Shown: positions 36,164 through 49,250 of the stretch, one piece after another
How the letters are laid out: each line of letters starts with the position of its first letter
Numbering within the stretch: position 1 is the stretch's first letter
DNA from: Octopus sinensis
Lineage: Eukaryota
Assembly (NCBI RefSeq): GCF_006345805.1
Contig: NC_042998.1
Span: forward strand, 155,558,001 to 155,622,000
DNA length: 64,000 nt
Reading direction: 5' to 3'
Position numbers and translations under genes: made by a program
Notes under the pieces: generated by a model
Seen by the model: only the letters and a program-made list of their open reading frames with translations
Databases searched by the model: none
What the model was told of the DNA's origin: nothing

Positions 36164-38567
36164 ATAAAAAAAATCCGAGTTTTTTACTTTGTGAAAATCG
36201 GGTGAAAGGATCAAATAATACCGAATTGTTTTAGGGCTTTTTTTTTCTTTTTCTTTTCTGTTTTGTCCAATTTTCTCATCTTGTGAAGGCAAGAAAGTTT
36301 TCCTGAAAAAAAACTTAACTGCCTCAATGATTCGCACATCATGAATATCAGTGCTTGTTTATTTGTAATAATTGAATTAAAGACTATTTTGAATTGTTTT
36401 AGTTAATAGAAATGAAATTTAATTAGCCCGAGCGGAATACACAGTCTCGTTCCGAGGTCACTAAATTTATTTTCTAATCCATGGATTCTTGAATGCCGAT
36501 TCTTGTCTTGTTGCTAATCTGCACATCAACTGATTTGAATTGTTCATTAAAATTTCGCAAAAAAATAAAATACAAACAATTACAAATGATATTGATATAA
36601 AATTATTGAAATACCTTTTTGTTTCAATAGTTCGGCGTTGTCTTAGTTATAGTAATAATTCTAAATAGAACTTGAAGTACTATCAAAGATTTTAATGCAA
36701 AAACTTAAATCACTGAAATGTTGTTGTCGTTAAAATGTGATGGTAAAACAAAGATTTTGTGAAGAACATTAATAAATTTATAGTTACAAGTAAGAACACC
36801 AACTATCTCGAGAATTCAACTCCTCAGAAGCTAGTTGCTAATCTAAAGCAAGATTCTTGTCGATAAAAAGTGGTGATTAATATTTAACATCAAATCCCTT
36901 TATTGAAATAGTCATTGTTTTAACTAATCTTGAAAATAACAAAGAATGTCGTGATTGGAACAGGAATTAACATGAAATTTTGAAGCAATGTTTTATTTTA
37001 AATCATTCTGAAACAGTGAGTTTTGATAGCTACCCATTGGCGGGATATCAAAAAGATCGCTACTAAGAAATGAAGGAACGTCACACAATCTCATTTCTTT
37101 TCTGAACAAATTAAGATATTGTATTTGCAAATCAATTGAACATTTTGAAATGTAATTTTTGAAAAAAAAAATTTATTTGAACAAGTTTTAAATTAAGATA
37201 TTTAAAAATACCAGTCTAGTTAGTAAATGATTAAATAAAATAATTTATTAGTCGAAATCAAATTATCTACAGGAGGATCAACGCGTTTTGAAAACAATAC
37301 GCAAATTTACAACAAATACATGTTAAACACATTAATGATTAAACTATTGACTGAAAAATGTAGTTTTGTTTCTAAAAATCATGAAACTATACAGTGTAAA
37401 GAAGCTCATTTTAAATAAATATCTTACCTCCAATTGCGTAGTTGAAGTGATATAAACTTTAGTGAGGTGATAATGATTAGATAAAAATGTATGGCGATAT
37501 ATGAAAATATATCAAAGTAATTCTATCCATCAATGAGTTTTAACGACACTAACATCAAACAGCAAAAGACATTTCAACTGAGTATTTGTAAAATCAATAT
37601 AAAACGATTTCATACAAATGTTCAGCGTCCTCTACTTATCACGTGACGATGTCTTCGAATGTTGGGGATCTGTGATCGAATATGATACTTTATAACTTAT
37701 TTTACTTGCATAAATCATATATTCATACTTCGGTGCCTTCATGTCTCAACCATATTTTGGCTGCATTTTGCGAAAGCTTAACATTTTCCACTGGTTTTTG
37801 ATCTATTAAATCTGTGCTTTCTACTGGTAACATTCAAGTTGTAAAACGATTTAATGCAAAAAATTGGCAATTGAGGTTGCAATTATACAGTGTAATTTAG
37901 AACTATTTTCAATAGAGCAATAACCAGTTTCTGAAGGCTTTCAGTTATTAGTGAAGCTGACATAAATGATATTCAGCCTAAAAGATTTCCTAGTTGATAT
38001 CTAGAACAATGTCGGCAGTTCCAATCGATGAGGGAGGGGGCTTTATTTTCGTGGGGTGTTTCTTTTTTAGAAAGAAGGCTGAGGCAAAGTTCTTGGCATT
38101 CAATAACTACCTCAGTAAACTCATGTCATCATCGCTGCCCTTATTTCTCATATCAAGAGTGCTCTTAACCAGTTCAACGACTTATATACAAAAACTGTAC
38201 CAGAACAGGTGCTGGTGTCGCAATTAGCTGGCGGGGAGATGAGTCCCTGCTATGTCTAGCGGTCGAGCATCCATCATTTGACAAGACCGGTCGAAATCAT
38301 ATGACCGGCGCTGGAGATGGCGGATATATATCTATGTTAATGATATAAAAAAAAGAGTACATTTTGCACCAGAAGCTAATAAGAGTTTCTCTCATGGTAT
38401 CTACCGCAATATAGTTTGTTCTAACAGAACATTCAAGTGGTAATAAATATTACCAATTACAAGACAGGTACTTTAGCAATGCTTTTCCTGTAACTTAGAC
38501 TGCAATAATACTCGATATACATCCTCGACCCTACTGATGATTTGCTGATCGTCGGCAAACTTAGCGG

Positions 38568-40121
38568 GGATCTTTTCTAAAAGAAGGCCAGATTTTTCTA
38601 GTTAACTAAACAATTTGAAACTTCGTATACTGGTAGAATGTGTCAAAAGAAAACATAATTGTAAACCAAAATGAAAACGGAATTGTAATTTCTAAGTTTA
38701 ACGTTGTTTAATAATTCGAATTTTAACCAATGGTATTCTTTGTTTCGACCTCATATCATTTACTGCCTCTCAAAATATTGTTACTGTGACGTAAACAGCT
38801 ATTTTGTGACGTACTTAACGTAAACATGTAAATAGCTAAAACGTAAACAGCTAAATTCGCTTGGCATCGTACACAGCTTTTTCAGTTCCCTAGAATTATA
38901 TTTGAAACAAAATAAAAAGAAAAAGATTCATACGCATAAATATCCATCCTTAGACATCAGAAAGATTAGAAATGCAACAAAAATTTTAAATACCGGATCA
39001 TTACCTTTTGACCTACAGATTTAAAAAATAATTTTTTATAACTAAACACTTTCAAACTTCGTGGAGTATATATAAAATTTGTGTAGATCCTAAATAGCTA
39101 CACACACATGTATACAAACATATGCATATATATATATATATATACACACCTATACACACATATTCTAATGCATATATGTGTATATATTTATAACGTGTGT
39201 GTATTATAGATGCATACATTATATATATATAAAAGATGTTTACATACAATATATATATATATATGTTATATACATCTACATGTATATGTATGTATGAATA
39301 AATAAGTACCACAGAATTTGAATCAAACTGTTTTGATCCATACATACACACACACACACATACATACATACATACATACATACACACATACTAAAATTAC
39401 ATCGTTGGAGCAGTAATTTATTTATGTATTTTTTGTTATACAATTTATTTTTAAGCTGAATCCCTATCTTGCCATTAACCCCTTTCTTATAAAATAGTTG
39501 AAGAATCTGGGGTGTAGGAATTGGGCCAGTATTGGAACTTTTAACTTCTTGCTCTCTATCTTATGATCTCCGAAATTTAAGAATCTTGTGTTAACTGGGC
39601 TCTTATTATTTACTCTGACTCTGCCACCACCTCAATGCAAAGACTATCAATATCAGAATCATCTTCACAACCACCACTGAGAGATCCTAACTTAATCAAT
39701 GCCACTACTACTATCATCATCATCCACTGCCGCCACCACCACCACCACCTCTACAAAAACACCAACACTATAATTGCTGCCATCATACACATCCACTGTC
39801 ACCACTACACCACCACCACCACTGCCATGATAACCACATCTACCACAGCTGTTTGCTTACTTCTTACCCACGCTGTTTAAAATTTTCACAAAATAGCTGT
39901 CTACGTCACAGTAACACTATGCAGCTAATAATTTCAGATCAAAACAGACAATACGATTGGTTAAAATTCGCAGATTTAAACTACGTTTAAACTTATAAAA
40001 TACATTTTTCTCAAAAAAACTAGTTGAAATTAATGTTTTCTTTTGACACATTCTACCAGTATACGAAGTTTCAAATTATTTAGTTAACTAGAAAAATCTG
40101 GCCTTCTTTTAGAAAAGATCC
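38568..40121. mobile_element. 1.55-kb non-autonomous DNA transposon with ~90-bp TIRs and 8-bp TSD (Merlin-like)
   Basis: GGATCTTTTCTAAAAGAAGGCCAGATTTTTCTAG... is mirrored at 40030-40121. Flanks CTTAGCGG (38560-67) and CTTAGCAG (40122-29) match 7/8. The interior holds (TA/CA)n and (CAC)n repeats and no transposase. Confidence 0.88.
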
Positions 40122-40319
40122 CTTAGCAGCATTGATCCTGGAAAGACGCTAATGATTCACCAGATTTTTCTTCAATTATCTGACATCAATTTTCATCTAC
40201 TCTAAAAAGATTGTTATTGTCTTGTCTTATTCGATTACTGCCGCATTTTATGTTCACGGATGTAGTAATACAGGATTTTCAGCGTTTTTAACAAAATAAG
40301 TTGAGTCTAATTGATCGAG

Positions 40320-41155
40320 CTTATTGAAGAGCAATTTCTGTGTTGTTTGGATAAAAAGAGATATTTGTTCTTGATTGGGCATGCAAATCTGAAAACATTC
40401 TATGGATGTTTTTCTTTTCTTTTTCCAAATGAGGAATTCGAAAAGTATTTAGATGATTCACGACACCTGCACTTTTTATACTTAAATAATGTAGCTGATT
40501 TGCATCACCGATATCAAGACAAACTTGTTCTTTTTCTCTTTCCAGTGCAACTGTAGAACAGTATTTATATGGATATTTGACAAGATGTGCACCATTCAAT
40601 GGATTCCATATTTTTGAAGTAATCAAGTATTATAGGGAACTACATGTCGGCTCACCTCGATATTTCTGCTTCCAACTTGCACAGTAGCGGTATAACCTCA
40701 TTAAGTTAAACTTTGCTGACAATACAGTGGATAATAGTCACTATCACTTAATGTTTTTGAAAAGAAATCACGGGATAATTTTTGCTGCAACGTCCATTTC
40801 TTGGTACTTCAAAGAAATCTATAAACAACTCTATTAATTATGTAAGTTGAGCGATTGTGACATCGTTTGTATTCATGCTACACATGACCCTAGCACTGCT
40901 GAACCTCCGAATGTTTCTTTTGAAATATTTTATTTCTTATGGATAAAGTATGAACAATTCATGCAGTTCGCCAGGTAAATCTGGTACTTCTGGAATACAA
41001 ATTAAAGTAGATTTACAGTAAGCACTAAAATCAGGACAGGTCAATGTTCCTCTAGTGCGCTCTTCTATGAATATTAGTGAGTTACAATGACAGCATCTTG
41101 CATCTATTAGACTAACGTTTACATTGGCAGCCACTTCTACTACTGAGCCTGTCAT
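40320..41155 (-). pseudogene. Helitron Rep N-terminal region remnant
   Basis: CCHCNSLIFIEER....FSAYC....IPEVPDLPGELHELF then *EIKYFKRNIRRFSSARVMCSMNTND, matching the Helitron Rep Cys motif followed by NIRxYNSxxxxxSM. Confidence 0.7.
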
Positions 41156-41254
41156 ATCTTACAACATTCAACAGCCTTTTTGTTTTAGCAACTAATTCTA
41201 CTCTGAGGTATTGGTTACCGTCTTTGTTCTTGAGAAAATCGCGAATTGACTATA

Positions 41255-41560
41255 CTGGCACGTGAAAAAACATTCAAACGAGGTCGTTGCCAGTGCCGCT
41301 GGACTGGCTCCTGTGCAGATGGCACATAAAAAGCACCATTTGAGCCTGGCCGTTGCCAGTACCGCTTGACTGGCCCTCGTGCCGGTGGCACGTAAAAGCA
41401 CCTACTACACTCTCGGAGTGGTTGGTGTTAGGAAGGGCATCTAGCTGTAGAAACTCTACCAGATCAGATTGGAGCCTGGTGCAGCCATCTGGTTCGCCAG
41501 ACCTCAGTCAAATCGTCCAACCCATGCTAGCATGGAAAGCAGACGTTAAACAATGATGAT
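41255..41560 (+). mobile_element. RTE 3' UTR fragment
   Basis: GTGCC.GGCAC modules, the conserved terminal block, and GTTAAACAATGATGAT tail. Confidence 0.88.
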
Positions 41561-41996
41561 TATTATTGTTGTTATCATTATTGTTATTATGAGAGGTCAT
41601 TTTCTTATAAGTGAGAGAGCATATGAAATATAACCCATTTTTCTTTCTAAGTGTCGTAGTAGTTGTAGATAGTGCTATTTTGCCCTTCTTGTGGACTCTT
41701 CAGAACAGCATAACTTGGGCCCATGAAATAAGCTGGTACATGTTCATTTAAACCTTTAGGAATTATATAAAACTGATTTTCCTTTCTTTCTTTTTTTTCT
41801 TACTCTCTTAATGGAGAAAAGCAGTGAAGAGATAGAGGCAGGGAAATGAAGGCCTCAATCATTTAAAATTAAAATTAACGCTATATGTAAGTATTGATCA
41901 ACATTTCCTATTTTTTTTTACTTTCAACAGTGGAGGGAAAGTCTCTTACATGTGTAAGTTTTTATTCTGGGAGTTTTAGAAAGATTTTGGGATCTA

Positions 41997-43208
41997 GTCA
42001 GTTTGGCTGCCAGCATCAATTCTGTTCAAATTGATTTCATATTCAGTATAATGATATACCTTTATTGGCTAATGAATGATGGGAAAATCATTTCTGCTAT
42101 AAATCAATAAAGAGTTATTAGCAATTAAAGTTTGAAAGTTTTGGTAATTTTAGGCAATCATAAGCCATATTAACAAACGGAACATGAGAATTCTTTTGTT
42201 GGCAAGAAAGCAGGTCTTGACAAATATATTGAAACTACTTGTTTTACCTGTCTGTTGACAAATGAACATGTGAATTTATGAACTGGTCAACAAAATGTTT
42301 GTTTTTTTTTAAATATTCAATTTGTAACGTGTTCATCACATTTGCAATAAATGCATATTGAATGTTTAAAACTACTTACTTACTCGCTTCTTTTTGTTAT
42401 TGAGGTGTGCTAAATAACGTTTTTTGAATAAATCTTTTAAGTTCATGCTATCACATTAAATGCATATTGAATACTTCAAACTACAAAACGTTTTGTTTAC
42501 AAATATTGACTACACATGCTATTTTCAGGATGTTGACAAAATATGCAATCATGCACAAAATGACAGCTTCCAAATTCTGTTTCCTGACTGGGTGAAAATG
42601 ATCAAACTTTAAACCTCTATAACTTTTTAAAAACATTTTTCTGAAAAAAGTGAAACAACTCCAGCAATTCAGCTTGGAAAAATATAGGATCTTTTCGGTT
42701 TGACCGGCAGTTTTTAAAAATAATTTCCACGTAAATAAACACTTTTAAACTTCGTATACTGGTAGAATGTGTTCATAAAACATCATTTTCTCTTGGCTTT
42801 ATTGAGAAAATTCTATAGTTTGTAAGATATTTGTTGTTTTTTTCTTCAATTTCTGCAATTTCAACCAATCAATGACATCAATTGAGGTGAAAACATTCTG
42901 TGCCATATGAATATGTCCCTCGTTTAAGAAACAGATTGGGTTTATTTACATTTCTGAAGAAAAAAAAGATACCCTTCCCCCCACCCAAACCCTAACTAAC
43001 TCTAACCAACCCTAACTTTAACCCTAACCCTAAAACAGATTGAAATGCAATGGATCGATACTAGGGTCATAATTATGGGTGACAATTTCATATGACACCA
43101 CTAGAAAAAACTGCCTTTCAAACCGAAAAGATCCAAAGTATATTATTGTGCCAAATTTTAGAATTTTCGATAAACTTCAATTTCTGAAATGTTGGCAGCC
43201 AAACCAAC
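41997..43208. mobile_element. Probable older non-autonomous TIR element hosting the 42687 MITE
   Basis: GTCAGTTTGGCTGCCAGCA and TGTTGGCAGCCAAACCAAC are imperfect inverted termini, each flanked by TA. Confidence 0.45.
42687..43134. mobile_element. 448-bp Merlin-like MITE with telomere-like internal repeats
   Basis: Perfect 17-bp TIR GGATCTTTTCGGTTTGA / TCAAACCGAAAAGATCC. TSD AAAATATA / AAAGTATA (7/8). CCCTAA-type array at 42988-43033. Confidence 0.88.
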
Positions 43209-43479
43209 TAAATCTAGTTCTAATGTTATTTCTCCCCACTTTTTTGTTCCTCCAGTACTTATTCACCTTGTTTGATAGTTCTTCATCATTTTCCAATAAT
43301 TATAATCAGCTTCCGTGGGATTAAGCCTTGGAAATTTCATCCTTCCTCTAAAAATTTCACAGATGATTACAGAAATTTCACCCCAATTTCTGTAATCATC
43401 TTTGGCAGGCTCGCATGTGGGCTACAAGACCTGCTCTTGATCTGCATGGTGTAATGGAGAAGTGATATCTTTCACGTGC

Positions 43480-44900
43480 TCTTTCATATTTTTTTCTGTT
43501 CTCTTCAATGGCTGGAATTATGAGCTTCAGCTGTCAATGCCATTCATTATGCCACAGGACTCATCTTCCCAGGTGTCTGTGGAAATATCAGAGTTTATCT
43601 CTTCAGCACACTTCTGTATCACAATCTCTGGCCACCATGGCTCCTCCTGCCCTGATGCAGTTCAGCATAGAAAACTGCCTTTGGGAGCCTGCTGCCCTCC
43701 ATCCTACAAGCATGTTCTACCCAGGGCAGCTGCGATGATGCAATGATGGGCCTCCACACTAACTGCACTAGTGCAGTGCAGAGCTTTTACATCAGGAATG
43801 CAATCCCACCATCTGATATGCAAAATGGGGTGCAGATGACAAAGATGGATTCACATCAAGACCTTGATGTTTTCTGCAGTAGATGGCCATGTATTCTGTG
43901 ATATAGACAAGGCAAGGGAGCACTGTGTACACCTTTATCGTCATGTTGTGGTCATGGCAGTTCCATAGATGCTTCATGAGAGACTCAAAAGCCTTTGTGG
44001 CAGAGTGTATTCACTTCCTAACTTCAAGGTCAGACGAGTTAGTACAAGTCATTGCTCTGCTGAACTATGTAAAGGCTTCAGTGTGCTTTAGAGGCTCTCT
44101 ATTTACTGTCACTGATTTAGGCACTCCCAATCTATTAGGACATCTTGGTGGAAACTGGTAGAGTAGTCAGTCTTCAAAGTGTTGACCGTAAGACCAAACA
44201 TGTCAGCTGCACAAGAAAACTAGTCCACAATATGTTGCATGTCCTTAATGCTACTAGTCACAAGCCCTGAGTCATCTGTGTAGAGTGCCTCCCTAACACA
44301 CATTTGCTACATTTTGATGGAGGCATAAAGACAGGCAGGTTGAAGATCTTCCCATCTGTTCTAGTGCAGATGAAAAACCCCCTTATGCAGATTGACCCTC
44401 ATGGTTTCAAGACTAGTTGTGAGGTAAAGAGACAAGAGTGCAGGGGAAAGCACACACCTTTGTTTCACACATTAGTTGACTTGCGAATGCTTCACTAAAT
44501 TCTCCTCCAACTGAGACTAGTCTTTTCATTCCTGTTTGGAAGTGATTTATGATATTGACAAGGTTCTTGGTCAACTGTGTCAAATGCTTTGAGAAAGTTC
44601 ACAAACACCACTGCTTTCTCCTGTAGTTGTTGCAGTGTGAAGGTCATGTCCATAGTTGATCTCCCTGACTTGAAGCCACATTAACACCCTGATAGGAACT
44701 GCTCTGACATGTTTTTTCAGCCAGTTCAGAATGGTTTTCACTAGCACATTGCCAGCAATGACCAACAGAAAAATGCCCTGGTGGTTCCCACATTCTGCTG
44801 GATCTCCCTTCTTTTTGTAAATGGTGACTAACAGGGTGGAGTCCTGGGGTGCACATTCATTGGAAAGACAAGTGTTGTACAGCCTCAACAACTCCTCAGT
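43480..44900 (-). mobile_element. Old RTE/BovB-like RT remnant
   Basis: PQDSTLLVTIYKKKGDPAECGNHQGIFLLVIAGNVL, followed by frameshifted RT motifs. Confidence 0.75.
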
Positions 44901-45814
44901 AAATATGTTTTTTCATACAAGCACACATGCCCACACATTCACATGCACGTAAACGTGCACAGACACAAGTTTGTTCTTTGGGGATTAACATATGAATAGA
45001 ATTGTGTCTGGGAAAATTTTCCATTATTTATATAAATACACATAATAAACGTTTTCATTGTTAATTATTTGTTATTTGTACGCAAATACAAAAGGAAATA
45101 TTTGTTGCAAAACTGAGATCTCAAAAATCATGGCTGAACTCCAATTTTGAAAGTAACTTCAATTTTTTCTTATTTTGGAATTAAGAAAGCAAACAACTGT
45201 CACTAGATCTTAGAGCCAGAAGAATAGTCAAAACCTGACGATCTTATCTGGGAAATAACTTACGCAATAAAACAAGGTATGTATAAAAGGCAGTTCTTTG
45301 GTATTGAAGGATGACATCATTCACTCACACAACCTTCCCTCATTGAGTGGCTAGGCCGAAACAGTGGGAGAATGGCATTGTCTCCTCATATTGACACTCT
45401 GGAGATCAATACTGAAGGGTCGCTGTTATTTTGATACAAAATTTCTGTGTATGTTTTTATTGGCAATTATGTTCTTTTTTCTTAAACACACACACATGCA
45501 GGCATACAGACACACACACATAATTAATGAAGTTTTCTGTGTAAATTATTTGCTATTTGTATATAAGCACAGCACAAAAATGATTTGTGATGTGATATAA
45601 AAATAGAAATAGGTATGGAAAGTTTAGATTTAGAAAAAGAAAAAAAAATTCATCAGAAATCTTCATTTGCCATGTGCATGAACAAAATTATAGCTCAATT
45701 CCAACTCAAATTATGATGACCTTTTTTTATTTTGCAATTTGCGATGAGCAGATTTAAAAACTTTATCTTAGATAAAATTAAATAAATAAATAAAATCCTT
45801 CAAAATTTATTTTG

Positions 45815-46200
45815 TATCTTTTACTTGTTTTACTCATTAGACTGCAGCCATGCTGGGACATCACCTTGAAGAATTTTAGTCGAATGAATTGTCCCTAGTA
45901 CTTATTTTCTTGAAGCTTGATACTTATTCTATCATTCTCTTTTGCTGAATTGCTAAGTTAATGCACCAACACCAGTTGTCAAGCAATGGTGGGGCACAAA
46001 CACATACACAAAGTTTAACACACACACATATATATAGAATGGGATACTTTCAGTTTCCATCTACCAAATCTATTTACAAGACTTTTGTTGGCTTGAGCCT
46101 GTAGTGGAAGACACTTGCCCAAGGTGCTACACAGTAGGACTGAACCCAGAACCATGTAATTGGGAAGCAAACTTCTTACCACACAACCATGCCCATGCCT
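45815..46200 (-). mobile_element. tRNA-type SINE
   Basis: Reverse complement of the 14121/25421 family, including the CAGCATGGCTGCAGTC tail. Confidence 0.85.
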
Positions 46201-47259
46201 GTTTGGGGATTTCACTAAAGTTAAAATTAATTTTTTTCAGAAATACAAAATAAATAAAACCCCTTGAAATTTGAGGATTTTAGCAGGTGTTTATGTCTTT
46301 ACATTATTATCATCATCATCATCCTATAACGTCCATTTTCCATGCTAGCCTAGTCTTTCATATATCCAATGACAGTCATAAAATGAAAGTGATTTTATTT
46401 TTGTAACAATAATTTGCCCAAACCTTTTAAATTGTCACAAGTCTAATACATAAAACAACTGTAGTTTTATGCCTTTGGAAAGTGGAAAGGGATATGGAAT
46501 GTTTTGTATGAAAATTTGAAATTTAAAAAAAAGTATTTTTTCCAGATTAATAATCTCTGTTACCATGTGGATTAAAAATTAAAATTCAAAAAGGTGAAAA
46601 GTAAAAAAAAATGGTGTAGGGAGTAGAGAATTTAAAATTTTGAAAATATTTTTTTGTTTTTTGGAGATATCAAAAACATAGGAATCCAAAAAGATTTTTG
46701 AAAAAAAGCGGGTGGGCTTAGGTGGAAAACACCTGACTTCCACCATTTTTTTGTGCATATGATTGTGTATCAAATGGAAAAAGTTTGAAAAAAAATACAT
46801 TCCATTTTGTGTTGAAAAAAGGCAGGAAAAAGAATTGTAGTGGTGATTGCTATTGTGAGAGCAGGTAGGGGAGTGATGTTCTAAAATCATGGATTAAAAT
46901 TTCTTTTAAGGGCTACCCCTATTGTTTTTTAGTGTATAGCGGAAAAAAAAATTAAAAAGCCATTGTAAGGGCTCCGGAAAAGAAGGAGGCAAGGAATCAT
47001 AGATTTTAAAAATTTCTTTTTCATAAAAGGTTTCCCCTCCCACCATTTTGAAGTGCATAGTGGAAAAAAAACTTGAAAATCTCTGTCAAAAATGAAGAAA
47101 ATCTAACTTATGTTTGTACATTTAAAATGTTTGGTAGATCCAAACATCACACTTGATATTGCTTTTTAGTATCTCCACATTCTTTAACATTTTCATACTG
47201 AAGAATACTCACACTGCATAGTCACAACAGAAAAGAAAAGTCAGTTTACAAAAACCTTC

Positions 47260-47640
47260 GCAATGTGTTTCAAAACGCTTGTCTCAATAGCCCCCTTTAT
47301 GACCAGTGTAGAAAAGAAACTGCCATTCAGTGCTATGTATTTTGCAGAGCAGTTTGTATTGACAAGATGCTGAAGGACAAAGCTCTGCTCATTGGTCTGA
47401 ATTGTGAAGAAAAGATTGATGAAAGTTATTATTCAGACAAAAGAGCAATGTCAGTAGAATGAGCCAGCAATTATGAGTTGTTCATTTCAACACCACCAAA
47501 AAAGGGTTTCATTCACCATGGACCTGACAGGAGAACAAAAACTAGATGTGTCATAAAGAAAAATGTCTTGCCAGGTATGACAATTTTCACCAATTATCAG
47601 GCTAATTATCAGAATCTCCACTAACTTGGCAACATTCAGT
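47260..47640 (+). pseudogene. Merlin/ISXO2-type DDE transposase remnant
   Basis: AIQCYVFCRAVC, KIDESYYSDKR (compare VEIDES..KRK), PDRRTKT..VIKKNVLPGMTIFTNY. Confidence 0.65.
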
Positions 47641-47959
47641 CCAGAATAGTCCAAAATAGAAGCTATGATGGTCACCTGTATTGAATGCAGATACAATGAA
47701 AAAGAAAGAAAAAATAATTTGATATAATATTGAAGAAATTTCATGTTACATACTGTTTGAATCACATAAATTCTTCGTACATTGCTATGTGAGACTGCCT
47801 CATTTTCCCTATCGATTCACTTATTTATTTTAGGTATCTTTTTATATGAAACCAATCAGCCTTGGTATGGTTGGTGCATACCCCAGTACTTGGATCCACA
47901 AAATTCTTGGCATGAATCACTATTCTGTGAATGTAACCAAGTTGGTGGAGACTTCAACA

Positions 47960-48420
47960 ACTGATCCATTTGTTAGTAAAAATTGTCATGCCTGGCAAGA
48001 CATTTTCCTTTATGACATATCACCAGCAGATAGAGTTCATCCACTTGGATCAGTGGTACCTGCACCAGTCCACATTCTCACCCTGGTAACCAATTACTTG
48101 ACAGAGATGGGTATCAAAACTGTCCCTGACTCTCTTCACAGTCCAGACCTTGTTCCCTGCAACTTTTGGTTGTTCCACAAGCTGAAGGAGCACCTTAGAG
48201 GCAGTCGTTTTGAAGATATTGAGATGAAGTAGTCTGTGACAATGATCTTGGACACCTTCACTTTAGCGGATTTCTGTGGGGCTTTTACAAAGTGGCTGGA
48301 GCACTATGACAAGTGCTTTGAAGTCATAAGATCCTACTTTGAAAAAAATTAGAGCTTTGTACTTCTTTGAAATTAATAAATGTCTCTCCTAAAAAGTCTC
48401 AAACCTTCTGGAATGTGCCT
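47960..48420 (+). mobile_element. mariner transposase C-terminal remnant
   Basis: APVH..LVTNYLTEMGIKTVP..LHSPDLVPCNFWLFHKLKEHLRGSRFEDIE. Confidence 0.88.
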
Positions 48421-49074
48421 TGTAAATACTTTATATGCTACAATTCAGAAACATACACTGAGTAGTAAAGTCTCTCATGTTCTGATATTTAATTTAATTT
48501 TATTTATTTATTTACTGAACTGCTCAGAATAGCTGCATACACAAAGGCCATGTTTAAAAATAGTTTCAAGCCGATTGAATATATTTTTGTATATTTAAGA
48601 ATTGCAATTTTGAAAAAGGAAATTTTTTTAAAACTGTAATTACTGTATTTGTCAACATATAATTAAAAAAAAAAAAGGTTTGGCTATTATTTCTAGTAAT
48701 TCTGAAAGACCAACTACCCTTTTTTTCAAGTGTCACATATCTACTTAAGGATGTGGGATGCCCTTCATGCTATAAGCACTGAGTAGAAGGCATTTAACAG
48801 GGCTCAATGTGGTTACTCAATATGCTAGAAATAACAGTAAAGTCACCCTCAGGCCAGTCACAGCTGTTGGAAGAAGCATTAGTAAGTTTTAATAGATTCT
48901 GGTTTCTCTTTTTATTAAATCATTGAATTTTTGTTCTGACAAAGTGTGTTGGAGGCATGTGCACAGAAAAAAATTTTCATTTTATTCATGAAAAATATGT
49001 TGGCAAAATAATGAAATAAGAGGAGGGGTACTGATCAGAGATTTAGAAAACGTGAATTTGAATTTTTTTTAAAC

Positions 49075-49250
49075 AGGAAGGCTTCCTCATATTGGTTTCA
49101 AATTTTGACACAGGGCCAGCAATTTTGGGGGATTAGATTGACCACATCACTCAACTGGTACTTATTTTATCTTCTCCGAAAGGATGAAAGGCAAAGTCGA
49201 CCCTAGCAGCATTTAAACTCAAAGCGTAAAGACAGCTGGAATGCTACTAG
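49075..49250 (+). mobile_element. SINE with Nin/Deu-type central domain
   Basis: CTGGTACTTATTTTATC...CGAAAGGATGAAAGGCAAAGTCGACC; related minus-strand copy at 60500-60600. Confidence 0.7.

Noticed and set aside
38535-38560. CTGATGA followed by hairpin TTTGCTGA-TCG-TCGGCAAA
   Set aside because: No GAAA after the stem and no stem I/III or NUH triplet, so it is not a hammerhead.
42988-43033. Chromosome end or telomere fusion
   Set aside because: A short degenerate tract inside a TIR- and TSD-bounded MITE.
45186-45400. Possible exons around donors AAG|GTATGT (+, 45277) and TGC|GTAAGT (-, ~45263)
   Set aside because: Candidate exons have stops in all frames or weak acceptors. A non-coding exon cannot be excluded but is unsupported.
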